Shown here: piece after piece, positions 33,048 through 45,997 of the stretch
Layout of the letters: each line of letters opens with the position of its first letter
Position numbering within the stretch: position 1 is the first letter of the stretch
NCBI GenBank assembly: GCA_977018835.1
Contig: OZ361256.1
Location: forward strand, 4,092,001 to 4,156,000
Direction of reading: 5' to 3'
DNA: 64,000 nt
Origin: Minutocellus sp. GHC0000111
Lineage: Eukaryota
Translations under genes and position numbers: made by a program
The notes under the pieces: model-generated
Database searches by the model: none
The model's input: only the letters and a program-made list of their open reading frames with translations
Told to the model about the DNA's origin: nothing

Positions 33048-36000
33048 CTACACTTCATCTCCGCCGTCAACCTCTTCCGCATCTTCACCAATCTGTTCAT
33101 TGAAGGATCTATCGATAGCCCAAGCCGCCGCAGCTGCTGCTCCCTTTGGCGACTCCCCGTCTTCACTGGCCTCCTTCTTGTACTTGCCACTGAGTTCCAG
33201 GACACGCTGCCAGTTGTTGTTTTCAATGGCTTGTTCCAGGGCCTTGATCTTATCGGTGTTGACCGAGCTTCCGCCGATGGATGAGCCGTCGTGCGAAGAT
33301 GATAAGTGACTGCCGGCACTCTGGAAGTCTGATGATGCAGCACTGCTGATACCCCCGTCGACATGGGACGAAGCATCGGAAGAACTCGCGCCATCGAGCA
33401 TGTTGGCGGCGGCTTCCTCGACCGCTGCCCAATTGCCAGTTTCAATCGCCACGTCGAGGTCATCGACGAATGATCTGTGGCTCATAGCGTCATCGGCATC
33501 AGTGTCGGTAGGGATGCTGGCAGACGCCGATGAAGCGTAGATGTCACTGGACACATCGTTCAGGGTATCGCCGGTAATGACGTTCCTCGGAGGAGGCAGA
33601 GCGGCGGCGGCAGCAAAGGTTCCGGCATTGTCTGGCACCCCTGTCCGAGAACCAGGTACCATACCGCTGATATTGCTTGAAATGTCGGATGGGAGTGAGC
33701 TTTGCATCTCCTCCTGGGCGTTCATTGCATCACTACCGAGACTCCTGCTCTCGACGGAGGAGTCTTCAAGCATCGCAAGATGGTCAATGGCTTCGGAGGC
33801 AGACTTGCTCTTTCCACCAAAGCCAAGCTTTCGCTTCCAGGAAGCCTTTGGAGTAACATCTTCGTCGTAATCAGAAGATGGAGAACTATTGGGGCTCGAC
33901 TTCTTGGACCCAGCAAGACTAAACAAATTCTTTGGGCTCTTCTTTCGCTTCTTATCCCTCGCAGAAGCGAGGAGCGGACGATCGGCCGAGATATGCGAAT
34001 TGTTGTCGGACATGGATGCATTTGGATCCAGAAGAGAAGATAAATTAACAGCAGCTGCATTGCCCCCTTCTTCTTGGTTGACGAGGTAAGGGTTGGTCGC
34101 AAGATTGGAAGATTCTGAGTCAGGCGAGGACTTATCGGGGGGACTTGATGCTACGGGACTATCTTCACTTGAATGCGTGGGGGCAAGTGCGATAGCGTCT
34201 TGGTTGTCATTCTGTCCAGACTTTTGAGGTGTTTCACTTTCCTTCTCAGCAGAAGAGGATGATGCTACTGCAGCTGTGCCGGAAGCAGTCTCGTTGTTGG
34301 CTCCTACACCAAAGAGTCGACCGAGGAAGGATTGCGCAGATCTTGCAGTCTTCTGGCTTGCGTCATCGTTCAAATCCAGAGAATTTCTCATGGAAACCTC
34401 ATCCTGATACTGCGAAGCAGCTTCACCGACCTTGTTCCAATCGCCATGGGCAATCAGTGAGTCGATATGCGCTGCTTTCTTTGCGTCCTCTTGGCTCAAA
34501 TTCGTGCGATCAACTGTAGATGATGCAACGAAACTGGCTCTAAGGCTGGACATCTCCGACATAAGGGACTGGTTGTCGTCATTGGCTGTAATGGTATTGG
34601 CTTCGGTCAACACGGCTGCCCAGTCACCGGTGTTGAGGGCGGCATCGATTCGGTTGAGAGCATCCTTTTGCTCGGGAGAAACGAGAGCTGACTTGCTCGC
34701 GAGAGATCGATCTGCCTCGCTGGGCTTTTCGCTGATGAAGGAGCCATCAAAAGATTGGTCGTCGCCATTGCGACTCGAAGTCGCAATAGCAGCCCCCGCC
34801 GCGGCGGCAGCACCGGTCATGGCAATTCCAGTATAGCCAATGGTTGGACCGCTCTTGTCTGGACTGCTATTGGCCGTGGAATTCAGATTGCTGACGACTC
34901 CTGAAAGCGAATCGTTCGTCCTTGCCTGGGTGCCTGTTGCGGGCGTTTCCTCGCTCGCAACAGAACTTCCTCCGAGGCTCCGGCTACAATTCAAGGCCTC
35001 ACCTTGGGGGCTGAGCTGAGGAACATTCTCAGGTGCTACAATGCTCGTGAGGCCGTCTTGTGAGGGATGGCTAGTGCTCAGGGAGTCCGGCGGAAGATCA
35101 AATAAGAGCTCTGCGAATACCGAGCCAGCCCGATCCTCTTCTTGCGTTGGAGTTGGCACCCTGGAAGAAGGGGCGATGGATGAAAGTTCGTCGCCAAAGT
35201 TTGCTTTCGACGAAGCAAGAATTGCAGCCGTGGCACCGCACGCCGCCCAATCGCGTGAGCCCTCAGCGGTCATTTCACCAGATGACTGGGGCACCGATGC
35301 CGCAAGACTTTCGACCTCGACGTTGTGATCAATCGATGCATCACCGTCCTTGGGAATAAATCCTGTTGCGATGGACTTGCTTGGAGATAAGTCCTTGCTG
35401 ACAGTGGCACTTCGGAGCTCCTGAGCCTCGACATCGTCAATGTCCTGCTCAATACTGACATCGTCTCCACTTCCTCGACGACGAGACAGGGCGAAAAGTC
35501 CGCCAGCAAGTAGCACGGTGAGACAAACCGATAGGGCGGCAATGCCTCCATTGGATATGGATCTGTTATCGCCCGTGCCATCGGTACCAAGATTGACAAT
35601 TGAATCTTGGCCGGCGCCTCCAGATATCCATTCAACCTGGACGAGCCCATCTAGGCCAACCGTTTCCTCAAATGTATCGGAGATGGGCGCCATGGACACG
35701 CGCAGAGGAGTTTGAACGGCGTTGTCGACACTATCTTGGTCCTCGGTATCGGCTTCGGCCTCGACACGGACGAGGGAGACGACGAAGACGCAGGACTTTA
35801 CCACCTCAGCCTCCGGGCAGACGGCGTCGACATAGTTGATGTTTTCAATGGGAGTAGAAGCCGTCGACAAGGCAACAGATAGGCGACGCGACACGCCTTG
35901 GTCTCGAAGGATGATGGCGATGGTGCTGGCGATTTCAGCGTCGTGATACGATGCCAACGTCTCCGCGGTAGTGGATTCATCGCTAAAGTCCATTCGGTAG

Positions 36001-37373
36001 GTGAAGAAAACATCAAAGTACTCAGTAGTCTTGGTGGCGGTTGTATCATCGTCCAGATCAATGTCGAGGTCATCGGCATTGATAACAGTCGGTGCCATAA
36101 CCGGAGCGGCTGTGGTAGGCAAATCCGCAGTGGGCGTTCCTTCTGCGGAAGGATAGCTCACAGGCGCCAAGGTGAGGCTGCTGCTGCCGTTATCGGCAGA
36201 CGCGGTGGGCTGGTCAGCAGGTGTTGGGCTTGCCACTGGGAAAGATACAGGGCTCGATTCGGTCGGAGAGGCCACGGGCGACGGGTCAGTAGTAGGGGCA
36301 GTACCGTCGTTATCGTCGGTGCCTGCAAAAAACGTCGAACGAATTAGTGATGTGAGCAAGTGCTTGGAACGAGGAGAATTGCTAAAATATAACCCGAGAT
36401 TTGTTCGCCACTTGACTTACCACCCTCACTTCCATCCTCAGCATCTTCGGTGACATCGTCCTCCTTAACAATGCCCTGTCGGACAACATCGGCATACACG
36501 TCGCTGCACATGTCGGTTACCTGAGTCCGTATCTCATCCTCGTTCTTTTCATTCCGCTTCAGCTTGAATCCAAACTCTCCATCGGACCGATCGTTGCCGC
36601 TGGCCTCCAAGTCGTTGAGACATTCGTCAACCTCGCTGGAATCATGCGTCTGATCGCGGGTAGTGCAGATGCCGCACACGAACTTGACTTGGGTCTGTAG
36701 ATATGTTGATTTCATCGGGATGAGTTACAATGTGAGCCAGTGAAGCAACAAATAAAAGTAGAAACTACCATGGTACAGCACGCAATAGTACAGTTCGCGC
36801 ATGAGGACCAAGCAAGAAAACCACCCAAGCCAAACTCACCGTCCAGTAGAGGTTGTGAAACATGAGGCCCTTGGCCTCGCCATCCGTCAGTCCATTCAAA
36901 AACTCGGCAAATTCCACCTGCGAAATGAGCCGATCGTCCGTGTTGGGGGATGACATGAGAGCCGATACGCACTCCTCCGTGAATTCCATCTGTGCCTCCG
37001 ATTCCTCCAAATGACGGTACGGTCCGGGCGCATCGTCAATGGTTGCCACGGCGCTAGCATGGGCACGCATCTGCTGTCTCACTTGGTAGTATTCCGCATA
37101 GCTCTGCACAAATGTCGACTTGTCCAATGGCTCGATGCCCCGACTCATGGCGTCAAAGTGATACATGGTTGAAATACCAGCATCGGCGGTAGCAACCGAA
37201 GCCGAAGCGCCGATGGCTGTCGACAGGATCAGTATCAGCGTGGACATGAGCATCGTGGCAACAACACCTGATCTTGGAATGATCCGAGCTGGTTTGGCTG
37301 CTGATAGTGGTATCGACCGACAACTTGCAACCTCCGGCTGCGGCGGCACTTGGCTCGAACTCGAAAAAGGCAT
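33048..37373 (-). CDS. Large diatom-type type I membrane protein; exons 37373-36840, 36694-36421, 36322-33048
   Basis: Hydrophobic N-terminal segment; RHL and RRL motifs; Cys-containing ectodomain; PT/PV-rich stalk; TM GGIAALSVCLTVLLAGGLFAL-SRRR; Ser-rich tail with four G(D/N)W-x2-V helices; both introns GT..AG and in frame. Confidence 0.75.
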
Positions 37374-38094
37374 AACAAGTGCTGGTTTTTGAATAATTGT
37401 TTCCCCTCAGCGCCAAGATACCGACCGCAACACAATTGCCGAATCGACTTCCACGGCACCGGATTATCAAACAGTTGAAATCTGCCGGCTTCACCTCAAA
37501 ATCAATCCAGATCTTGCGCACTTCTGCTGTCGGACTGCTTCCCTTCCGTCCTCCTGGCGTACTAGTAGGCGGCAGGTGGCGAATTAGCTGGAGGGCGCGT
37601 GCTCCGGCGGGTTGCACTGAGCAGCAAGTAAGTATTGGATCGGCAGCAGATCCGAATGAATCCAAATATCTTGAACTATTTGCAGATGTGAGCGATGTGA
37701 CCTGCTCTCCCCCTTGACTATCGTCCCTTTGTGATTGTTCTCGACAGATAAGCGGCCGGCAGCAGCAGCACATTCCTTGCCTGATTGGTCGCGGCGGCCA
37801 GATTTGAATTCTCGAATTTTTGGGGTGATCAAAATAATCGAGCACAGGCGAGCTCGTCGAGGGGTGGCCGGCGCGGAATGGCAGTCATTCCTTACAACTG
37901 CCCTGCCCTACAGAGTCATTGCATTTGTTATTTGTTTCGACGGACAGACGATCGCCACGCCACGTCGATCACTGTCGATGTCTGCATTTCTTTGAAATCG
38001 GACGGACACGGCGCATGTCGGCGACCTCAACCTCCACAAGCAAGCCTTTGAGACATTACTCCTCTTCTGCAGTACGTACGAGCTAGTGGAGACA

Positions 38095-39453
38095 ATGTCC
38101 CACTATGAGGTGAATCTCGACTACTACACGGCCATGGCTGGCCTCCCGCTCAAGCCCAAGCCGGCCGACGAAATTCGACTCATCCAGACCCTGCCCCGAG
38201 TTACCGGTGCGCTATCCCTCGTCGGTTCTCTCCTCGTCATATACATGGTCGTCGTCTCGTCCAAGAGTCGTCTGTCGCACACCCGAAATCGCTTCGTGTT
38301 TGCCATCTCGGTGCTGGACATCCCCTTTTCCCTAATGTTCGCCTTGGGGCCAATTCTGATGCCCCGCGGCGCGCACGACGATAGCATAGGAAACGACGCA
38401 ACGTGCAGCATGCAGGGGTGGTTCCTCCAGACGGGATACGGCCAGCCCATCTACAACGCCTTCTTTATGATGTACTTTGCCATGCAAATCATGGCCGGGG
38501 CGAGATCAAACCCTGGCAGCGGATCATCATTGTCGTCATCATTGTCGTCACTGGCGTCTCGCCTGTATGAACCCATCGCCCATGTCGTCTCGATCGGATT
38601 TGCCATTGGAACTGCCACAGCCGGGCTTTTCGTTCAGAATGGTCTGTACGGCCCAACGCCCATTATTGGCCGATGCTTGGTTGTGGCCAGTCCCTTTCTT
38701 TGCAACAAAAACAAGAGGATGGACTGTGAGAGTGGATGGAACTACGAAGCCTATCAGCGTGGCTTTCAGACGATACCAACGCTGGTCGGTCTTGCCATTC
38801 AGTTATCCACGCTGGTGATAATTTCAGCTTACGTGGTTTGCCACGCCCTCAAAATGAAGAGGAAGCACCAAGATCGGTTGCGACAATCGGGCATTACCAC
38901 CAACGTCGCCGACAAATCATCTTCCCGGGACAGCACCAGAAGCATCAGCGGCGGCGGCAACTCATCGTACTCGAGGGAAGTCGTTACTACAGCCATAATA
39001 TACGGATTGGTATTCTTCAACACCTACTTTTGGTCGGCCATCGTCTTTCTCATGAGTTGGATGAAGGCCGAGTTCTGGATACGTTGCATGGCGGTTGCAT
39101 TTCAACCCAGTCAAGGATTGTTCAATTTTTTCATCCAACTCCGGCCACGATTTAGGGATGTGAGGAGGGCATATCCCGGCTTATGGTGGTGGAAGGTCGT
39201 ATGGGTGGCCGTTGTCCGTGGGAGCTATGATTTACCTTCGAGTGCAAACGGCAGATCAACCGCTACCGTATCCAGGAGCACGAGTGCTAGAAGAAGAAAG
39301 TCTACTTCTTCATTGGATAGCCTTCGCTCATTTGGAAGGAAACTGTCCAGCTTTTCATCGAGACGATTTTCCAACCCATCATCACTTGGTGATAGCGATG
39401 ATGATAGCGACGATGATGATGAAAACGTCGCTAGCAATGAACCAAATCTGTAA
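38095..39453 (+). CDS. 7-TM G-protein-coupled receptor (cAMP-receptor-like family expanded in diatoms)
   Basis: Seven hydrophobic segments; GALSLVGS, RFVFAISVLD, GNDATCSMQG, YNAF, PSQGLFNFFIQLRPR. Confidence 0.85.
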   Translation: MSHYEVNLDYYTAMAGLPLKPKPADEIRLIQTLPRVTGALSLVGSLLVIYMVVVSSKSRLSHTRNRFVFAISVLDIPFSLMFALGPILMPRGAHDDSIGNDATCSMQGWFLQTGYGQPIYNAFFMMYFAMQIMAGARSNPGSGSSLSSSLSSLASRLYEPIAHVVSIGFAIGTATAGLFVQNGLYGPTPIIGRCLVVASPFLCNKNKRMDCESGWNYEAYQRGFQTIPTLVGLAIQLSTLVIISAYVVCHALKMKRKHQDRLRQSGITTNVADKSSSRDSTRSISGGGNSSYSREVVTTAIIYGLVFFNTYFWSAIVFLMSWMKAEFWIRCMAVAFQPSQGLFNFFIQLRPRFRDVRRAYPGLWWWKVVWVAVVRGSYDLPSSANGRSTATVSRSTSARRRKSTSSLDSLRSFGRKLSSFSSRRFSNPSSLGDSDDDSDDDDENVASNEPNL

Positions 39454-39511
39454 GGGAAACGATAGGAAATTCTTGTATAATAAAGCATTATAAAGTAAAG
39501 TTTTACGCATT

Positions 39512-42500
39512 TTAAGTTGTGCCAACCTCTTCTTCTTCTCCTACAGTCGTTGCATCCTCTTCCCAACTCCGAGCATCGGATATTATATGGATGAATTCGC
39601 CAGTTGGAACAACAAAACATTTGTTCTTATCTGCTCGGTCAGCCTGGCTAAGAATTCCAATAACTTCGCCTTGATCATTGGAACAGGGACAACCGGATTG
39701 CCCCCCAAGGGTGAGAGAAGTAACAATGGAAAAGTAATGCTTCCAAACATACCCACGCTCCGACCGTCCTCGCCACTCGGAGTTCATGAATTTGCGGGAA
39801 ACGTACCCACGATACACCTCAATTGACCGATCAATTGAGGTCTCGGTCGTTTGGCCATATCCAATGAGACGCACATTTTGTTCAATTTCACATCTTGGCG
39901 AGAGCTTCAGCTGATGAAGTCCCTCGTTCCGAAAGTCTTCTCGAGTTCTGAGGGTACGGATGTTGTAAAATGCCGACAACAAGTTGTCGTGTGTATCCAC
40001 GTCATGCTCTAATCGCGCAGTGATTCGTAACACAGCAGCGTCAACATTGCATACATCCTCGGCATCGATCCTGGCAACATATCGCCATACAGCCTCGGGA
40101 CCCACCGGTGAGTTCGGATTTGATTCTTTGCTGGAGGGCGGTAGGCCAACCAGAACTTGTCCACGTGACAGGCCGTAGTAACGCGCTTGTCTCCGAAGGA
40201 AGCTATTTGGCGGGGCAGCTGATCCGCTTGGATCGATCACTACATGCGCTGCGGTGACGACCAGACCCCGTTTTGCATCAACGACAAAGCCTGAACCGCA
40301 TCGATGAATGCGATGGCCATCCCACAACCCAATGAGACAAACGCCGGGGCAAATCTTTGTGTAGTGGACATTTTCGTTGAAAGAAGACTGCTCCTGGTAC
40401 GCAATCGGCCTATGTGAAGGTAGCGTTTCGCCCGTCAGGTAGCGCAGATCTACCTTGTGGTTGTTCTCACAGGTCAAAACACCTCGATCGCCCCTTTGGG
40501 CAGCTTCCCTCACTCTGGACCAGCTCCAGACTGCCGCAGTACGGACGTCGCGAGTAGCTAAACATTTGTGGCAGGCTGGTTCCCGACTGTAATCGAGGCC
40601 TCGATATTCACGGATGGTTCTATCAACCTCGTTGAGGATAATTTTGAAGCCTCCCTCCCAGATCAGCCGGGTATGCTGACTTTCCAGACCCATGCCAGAA
40701 ATCACAAGCCTCTTGAGCCCAGGCGCAGTAGAGTCACCAGCTACGCACGTTTCTGACGCCTGATCTTCGATCTGGGCAAATACATCTAGGTAGGACTTGC
40801 CATCTCGATTATCGATGGCCACGAACGAAGTCTTGAGTGTTAGCTGGAAGGCCTGGCGCCAGCACAAGATCTAAGATAGAAAGAGCGGAATAGAGCGGAG
40901 GACGTCAGATTGATGGAGGAATATATATACTGGTACGACGTACTCCAAGGGAACCGAATGTTTACATGAATAACAAAATCACTTTTCACCTCATCAAACT
41001 CAAGCTGGCCATTGTATCTAGCATCGTTTCGATCGGGGGAAGCTGTCGCAGCGTGCAATGCCCTGAGGACTGAACTCGTAATTCGCTCAAAGATACCAGG
41101 AGGGGCACCGTCGCGAAAGAGCCATGTGTGGCAGAGACAAACCTTCTTCTCGTCCGTAGTCTTGAAAGTGTCTTCGTCGATTTCACGACGGGGGCGCTCC
41201 CTCGGCTTAAGTTGAGACGGGAGAAAATAAAATACAGATGAAGGATCGTTTTCATGGACGAGCGGCCTGGAGTATAACTCATTTGATAACTCAACATTCG
41301 GCTTCATGAGATCGATCGGAACAAAGACACCGAAGTAAACAAGCAGCTTCTCCAAAAATGAAAATGCATCAAACGACAATTGCTCTGATGACGCCCCTTG
41401 CACCGCCCTACTTGCAGACATAAAAAGCTTAGCATTTGAACTCCACAAAAGTCTCGCATCACTATCTCGAAGTATCGGGCACCGGACAGCGGAGTTGAAG
41501 AAGCTGTCTGCCCTACCAAAGGTTGCCCACTTTGACGCTGAGGCGCGACCTGATTTAACTCCATCGAGATGCTGGGAAAGAACGTGTCTCATCACAATCT
41601 TCAGAGCCAGCACTAACCATCTCGGATTTATAAAGATAAACCGAGACAAACTGTCCGGTCGCATGCCAAGAACCTTGGACTGGAGCGAAAGGTCTGCAAT
41701 GCTACTGCCGGTGATGCTTGCATTGTCTTCGCTCATGCTAGGAATCAGTTGAATGTCGCAATCTGCGACAGTGTAGTCGTCAACCTCATCAGCTTCTTCA
41801 TCATCGCTGCTATCGTAAAAGATGCCGTCTTCGAACCTCGACGCAGCAATGTGCGGGCGTTCCTCGAGCCCATCCACTTCGCCAAAGAACAAGATTTCAC
41901 CGATGCGAGAGAGAAATCTGAGCGTATCATTCAGATCTGTATCGGAAGGTCGATATCCAAGCTCTTTTTCCACCCATTCCGCAAATGACGACCATTCGAG
42001 TAGCTGAAACTTGGCTCTTTTTTCCCGAACAAGTGCTCGAATTGCCAACCTTTCGGGTGGTATGACTGCACCGACATGACCTCGGAATAATGGGTAACGA
42101 TACTCTTCCGCGGTCGCGTTCCGCCCTGTTGCAATGCTCAAAATGCGGCGAAAATCCGGGCACTCCGTTTCTCTACCGGTAGCAAGATTGATGACCCGCT
42201 CCCTCAATGCTCCAAAGCCTCTATCAAAAGTTCCGCTGATTCGCATAACAGCATCGGGACCTCCGTCGTTTTGGAAGATGAGTTTCGGCAGCCGGTATGG
42301 CGACAGCAACTCTCGAATGCGCTGCGCCGCCGGGGAATCGGCTCGGTGGCTGTTCTCAAGCTTGAGAAGTCGCTTCCGAAGGCTTTGTACTCGTCGCTCT
42401 TCCCTGCGAAGGATCCTATCCTTCATGCGTCGGCACCTTCGCCTTGCTTCAGCAATACCACCGAGATTGTCGTCGTCAAAACAGTCGGCATGCGAAGCCA

Positions 42501-45500
42501 CAAAAAGAATAGCCGCGCCCGGCACAGACGACCGAATGCAGTCGATCCAGTACTGGACCTTATCATCAATGTCATCATCTAAAGCTTTCTCGGCGACCTG
42601 CTCGTTCCTTCGATTCTGTTCGTTCTCGACTTCTTCATCGCTATCTATCCACTGAAATTCTCCCTCGTCGTCTTCATCGGGCTCGACAACCTTTTCGATT
42701 GTTTTGTTATCAACGCCCATGTTCCATACTAAAACATATAATGCAGATGGTGAAAAGAAAATTGAATGCGTCGCTGTCGAGTGGATAAACGATCAACGAA
42801 GGGTGAGGGGAAAAAGAGGAACAAGAAGAAGACGTCAGATTCTTACAATTAAAATAGAAACAAATGTATCGTGCAGACACAAGATTATATCGCCTGACTC
42901 ACCATGATAATGTTCTTGCCCAGCAAAGTCAAACAGACTGAAACGAATGCTAGCATCGGTGATGTCCGGTGACTCATCTTCCTGGACAATCGATGTGATA
43001 AGATTGTCTGCATTAGGGATGCTATACTTCTCAAAATCCTCAGCTGGATTCCACGAATCAATGGAAATGCCGATGGTAGATTCCTCCTTCTTGGGTATTT
43101 CAGCGAACATCCCGGACTTCAATCTGTTCATGGCAGTAGTTTTCCCGCTCCTGTCAAACATTCATCAAACAATAGAAGGAGTTGAATCTGATATGAGTTA
43201 TAAGTGTACAAAGCACAGTACCTCTCAAGCATAAAATATGGTGTAACTCACCTACTCTGGCCCACAAACACAATTTTCAGTGTATCGTTAACCTCGGTTG
43301 GCTCGGGTTTTGTCGCCTCTTGAGTAGGCACTGCTGCCATCACTGCCGTCATGGCCATTTCTCGCCGTTTCACCACCGGTTCAGCACAGAGAGGTGATGG
43401 TGGTGGAAATGCGGTGATAGCCATGGCATTTATTGGCGGGGCTGTAGCCGACCGAAGGGGAACAGTAGAAACAGTTGGCATGCCACCGCCACCTCTGAGA
43501 GCCATCGCTGGTGCCAGTGCTGGCGGTACCTGTCTTGGAAGGGCCGGGGGCATGGGAGAACTTGCACTCGTGCCCATCAAGCGTCTCTGCGTTGCTCCTG
43601 GAGTCGGCACTGACATTGGTCGGGTTCTAGGCGATGGGAATGATCCCATCCTCGCTGGCGACCTTGGGGGTTCGGATCCAAGAATATCATGACCAGGCGG
43701 GCCTTGCTCCGAGTCCTCCTCTTCGTCGGACACGCGCGCTCCGATTTGTATTGAAGTCAGGTCAGCAGCACCATTCATAATACCGGCGTTATCATCATCG
43801 CTCGAACTTTCTGCCTCATGGATCGGCTGAGAAGGTTCAGAAACAAGGTCCTCAAGGCGGCTCCTCCGACGTTCTTTTCGATCCAAGGAGACAAAGTACC
43901 TTCTCATTGCAGCGATACCACGTTCACAGTCTGCAAGAGGAGGTTGAATGATTGGGTTCATGGTGACATCAAGCTCCGATAACTCCATTTTGCAGATATC
44001 TCGTGGTACATGTGTGATGTAATTGTTCGGCAATCGAAGAGTTTTCAGGCTGAACAGACGTGTGAGTCCTTTGGGAAGCTCGGAGATATGATTGTACGCC
44101 AAACTCAAATACTCCAGGTTCTCTAGAACAAACGGGCCTTCCTCGGGCAGATTGATTTCGTATATGTCATTGTTCGACATTGTCAATACCTCCAAATTAG
44201 GGAGACCTCTGAGGGCACCGGCTGGTAGGAACTTCTGCAGACTATTATGGCTCAGATTCAGGCGTCGCAGGTTGGGAAGGGCCCATTCGCAATCTGGTAG
44301 CGAGACGAGACCGCACTGCTGCAAGTCCATCGTCTTCAGCCCATTCAAAGAATAGACTATGGGATCTGGCAGATAATTGAGCAAATTTCCTGCCAGTGAT
44401 ATCTTCGTCAGCTCTGACCCAAGAGCATCGGAGAGGATGGAGTCGAGGGGCAACTCCTTCGCCGTAAGATTTAAGTCTCTAAGGAGCAATCGTTTGGTTA
44501 CGCTCGCTTTGCCCAACTCAAATTTGATTTGTTCCACGCGTCTCCCTCCCAAAGTGCTTGCGCTGGTTGATCTGTGAAAGGATCTCTCTACATTTTTCTG
44601 CGACTCACTTCTCGTAATCGACACAGCCTCGATGCCATAGTCATCATCGTGGCCGAACTCGGATTCGCCATACATGGCGTCGTGCCTCATATCTCGCATT
44701 CGCGTTCGCTTCTTGGCAAAGTACTTCGCATTTTTCTTGGCCTCGCGCGCCTTCTTCGCCTTGCCGTCGTTATCGTTGGCATGTTGCTTCCTTCCAGCAA
44801 TAGGAGCAATAGGAGGGGAGCGCAGTGGCGATATAGGTTCCTCATCCTCGATATCCACGGACTTGCGATCGATGGAGCCATAGCTATCGGCCGGTCCACA
44901 TCTTGACGAATTGCACTTTTGTCCCATCGATCCATGACTGTCGGATCGCTCTGGCGGTGCTGATTTGCCCTTGTTCTTTGCCTTCTTTTTGCCCTTTCCA
45001 ACCTTTGCTGATCGATCAGTGGCACGAGATTCGGGTGACCATTTGCTCAAAAAGTCATAGTCAGTGCGACGACCACCCTGTGTAGCACCGTGATGTGGTC
45101 TTGCAGGTAATGATTCCGGGGGACCCTCTTCCATAGTTAGAGCGCTGATGGCACTGACCGCTCGATCGGCTTTGATGGTGGGAAAGCTTGGGAACGACCC
45201 GGGCGATCGACCCAGGACCTCATCCGTCACCGATTGCTCTGGGTTAGCATCGGTCTGCGAACTCTTGAGGCTCTTGGCGTCATCAAAGCTGCTGACGTTG
45301 CGATTCAACAAGCTGCCGTGCAAATTGCCCTTTCCTGGCTTGGCCGATGAGGGCAGTATCTGAATGCCTCCGCCTCCGCCTCCACCTCCACCTGGCGCCC
45401 CACCAGCATCCTGCGGCAGAGGCCTCCCAGTGGTGCTGCCGAGAGCAGTTCCATCAGCACCGCCACCTCTCGGACTCAGCGGGCGATTGGCATTGTGGTG

Positions 45501-45701
45501 CAACGCCCCCGCCGACTTGGGTGGTTGCAATTGTGCCAAATCGCCATATTGTTGGTGAAATTCCTCCTCCATCGTCAGAAAGTTGTCATCGTTGAGATAT
45601 TCCGCCGTCTTCTCATAACTTTTGGATGGTTCCAGTTCGCTGGGCTTTTTGTTGATTTTATGAGGCGGAAAGTGGAATGGCTTGGGCTTGCCACTCGACA
45701 T
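39512..45701 (-). CDS. Roco protein: LRR-Roc GTPase-COR fused to a C-terminal trypsin-like serine protease; exons 45701-43252, 43150-42903, 42773-40990, 40870-39512
   Basis: LxxLxLxxN repeats; spliced P-loop KIVFVGQSRSGKTT; STIGI; FDFAGQEHYHATHSIFF; VASHAD; COR motifs INPRWL, YFLPSQL, PPGIFERI; protease GSGFVV..VTAAHVV, DAAVL, GQSGCP. All three introns are GT..AG and restore frame. Confidence 0.88.
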
Positions 45702-45997
45702 GATGGGTATGACAGATGTGATAACGCCCGTTGTATCTTCAAGTCTCACTGAAGCGAAGCGAACGAACCCAGCCAGATGCAGAATGAGACCGCCCGAAAA
45801 AGGGATAGGGGTGCAACTTGTGTCGAAATGAATCAATCGAAGTTAGGGAAGACCGAGCAAAAGGCAAGACGAAATGTGTGCAATGTAAAGAGCATTAAAT
45901 CGGCGAGATACTGAAAGTCAAGCCATCTCGACGATGCATGGGTCGTTCATGCTGCCATGGCTCTCGGCGGCTAAGCGAGCTCTCTGCCTGGGGCTGG

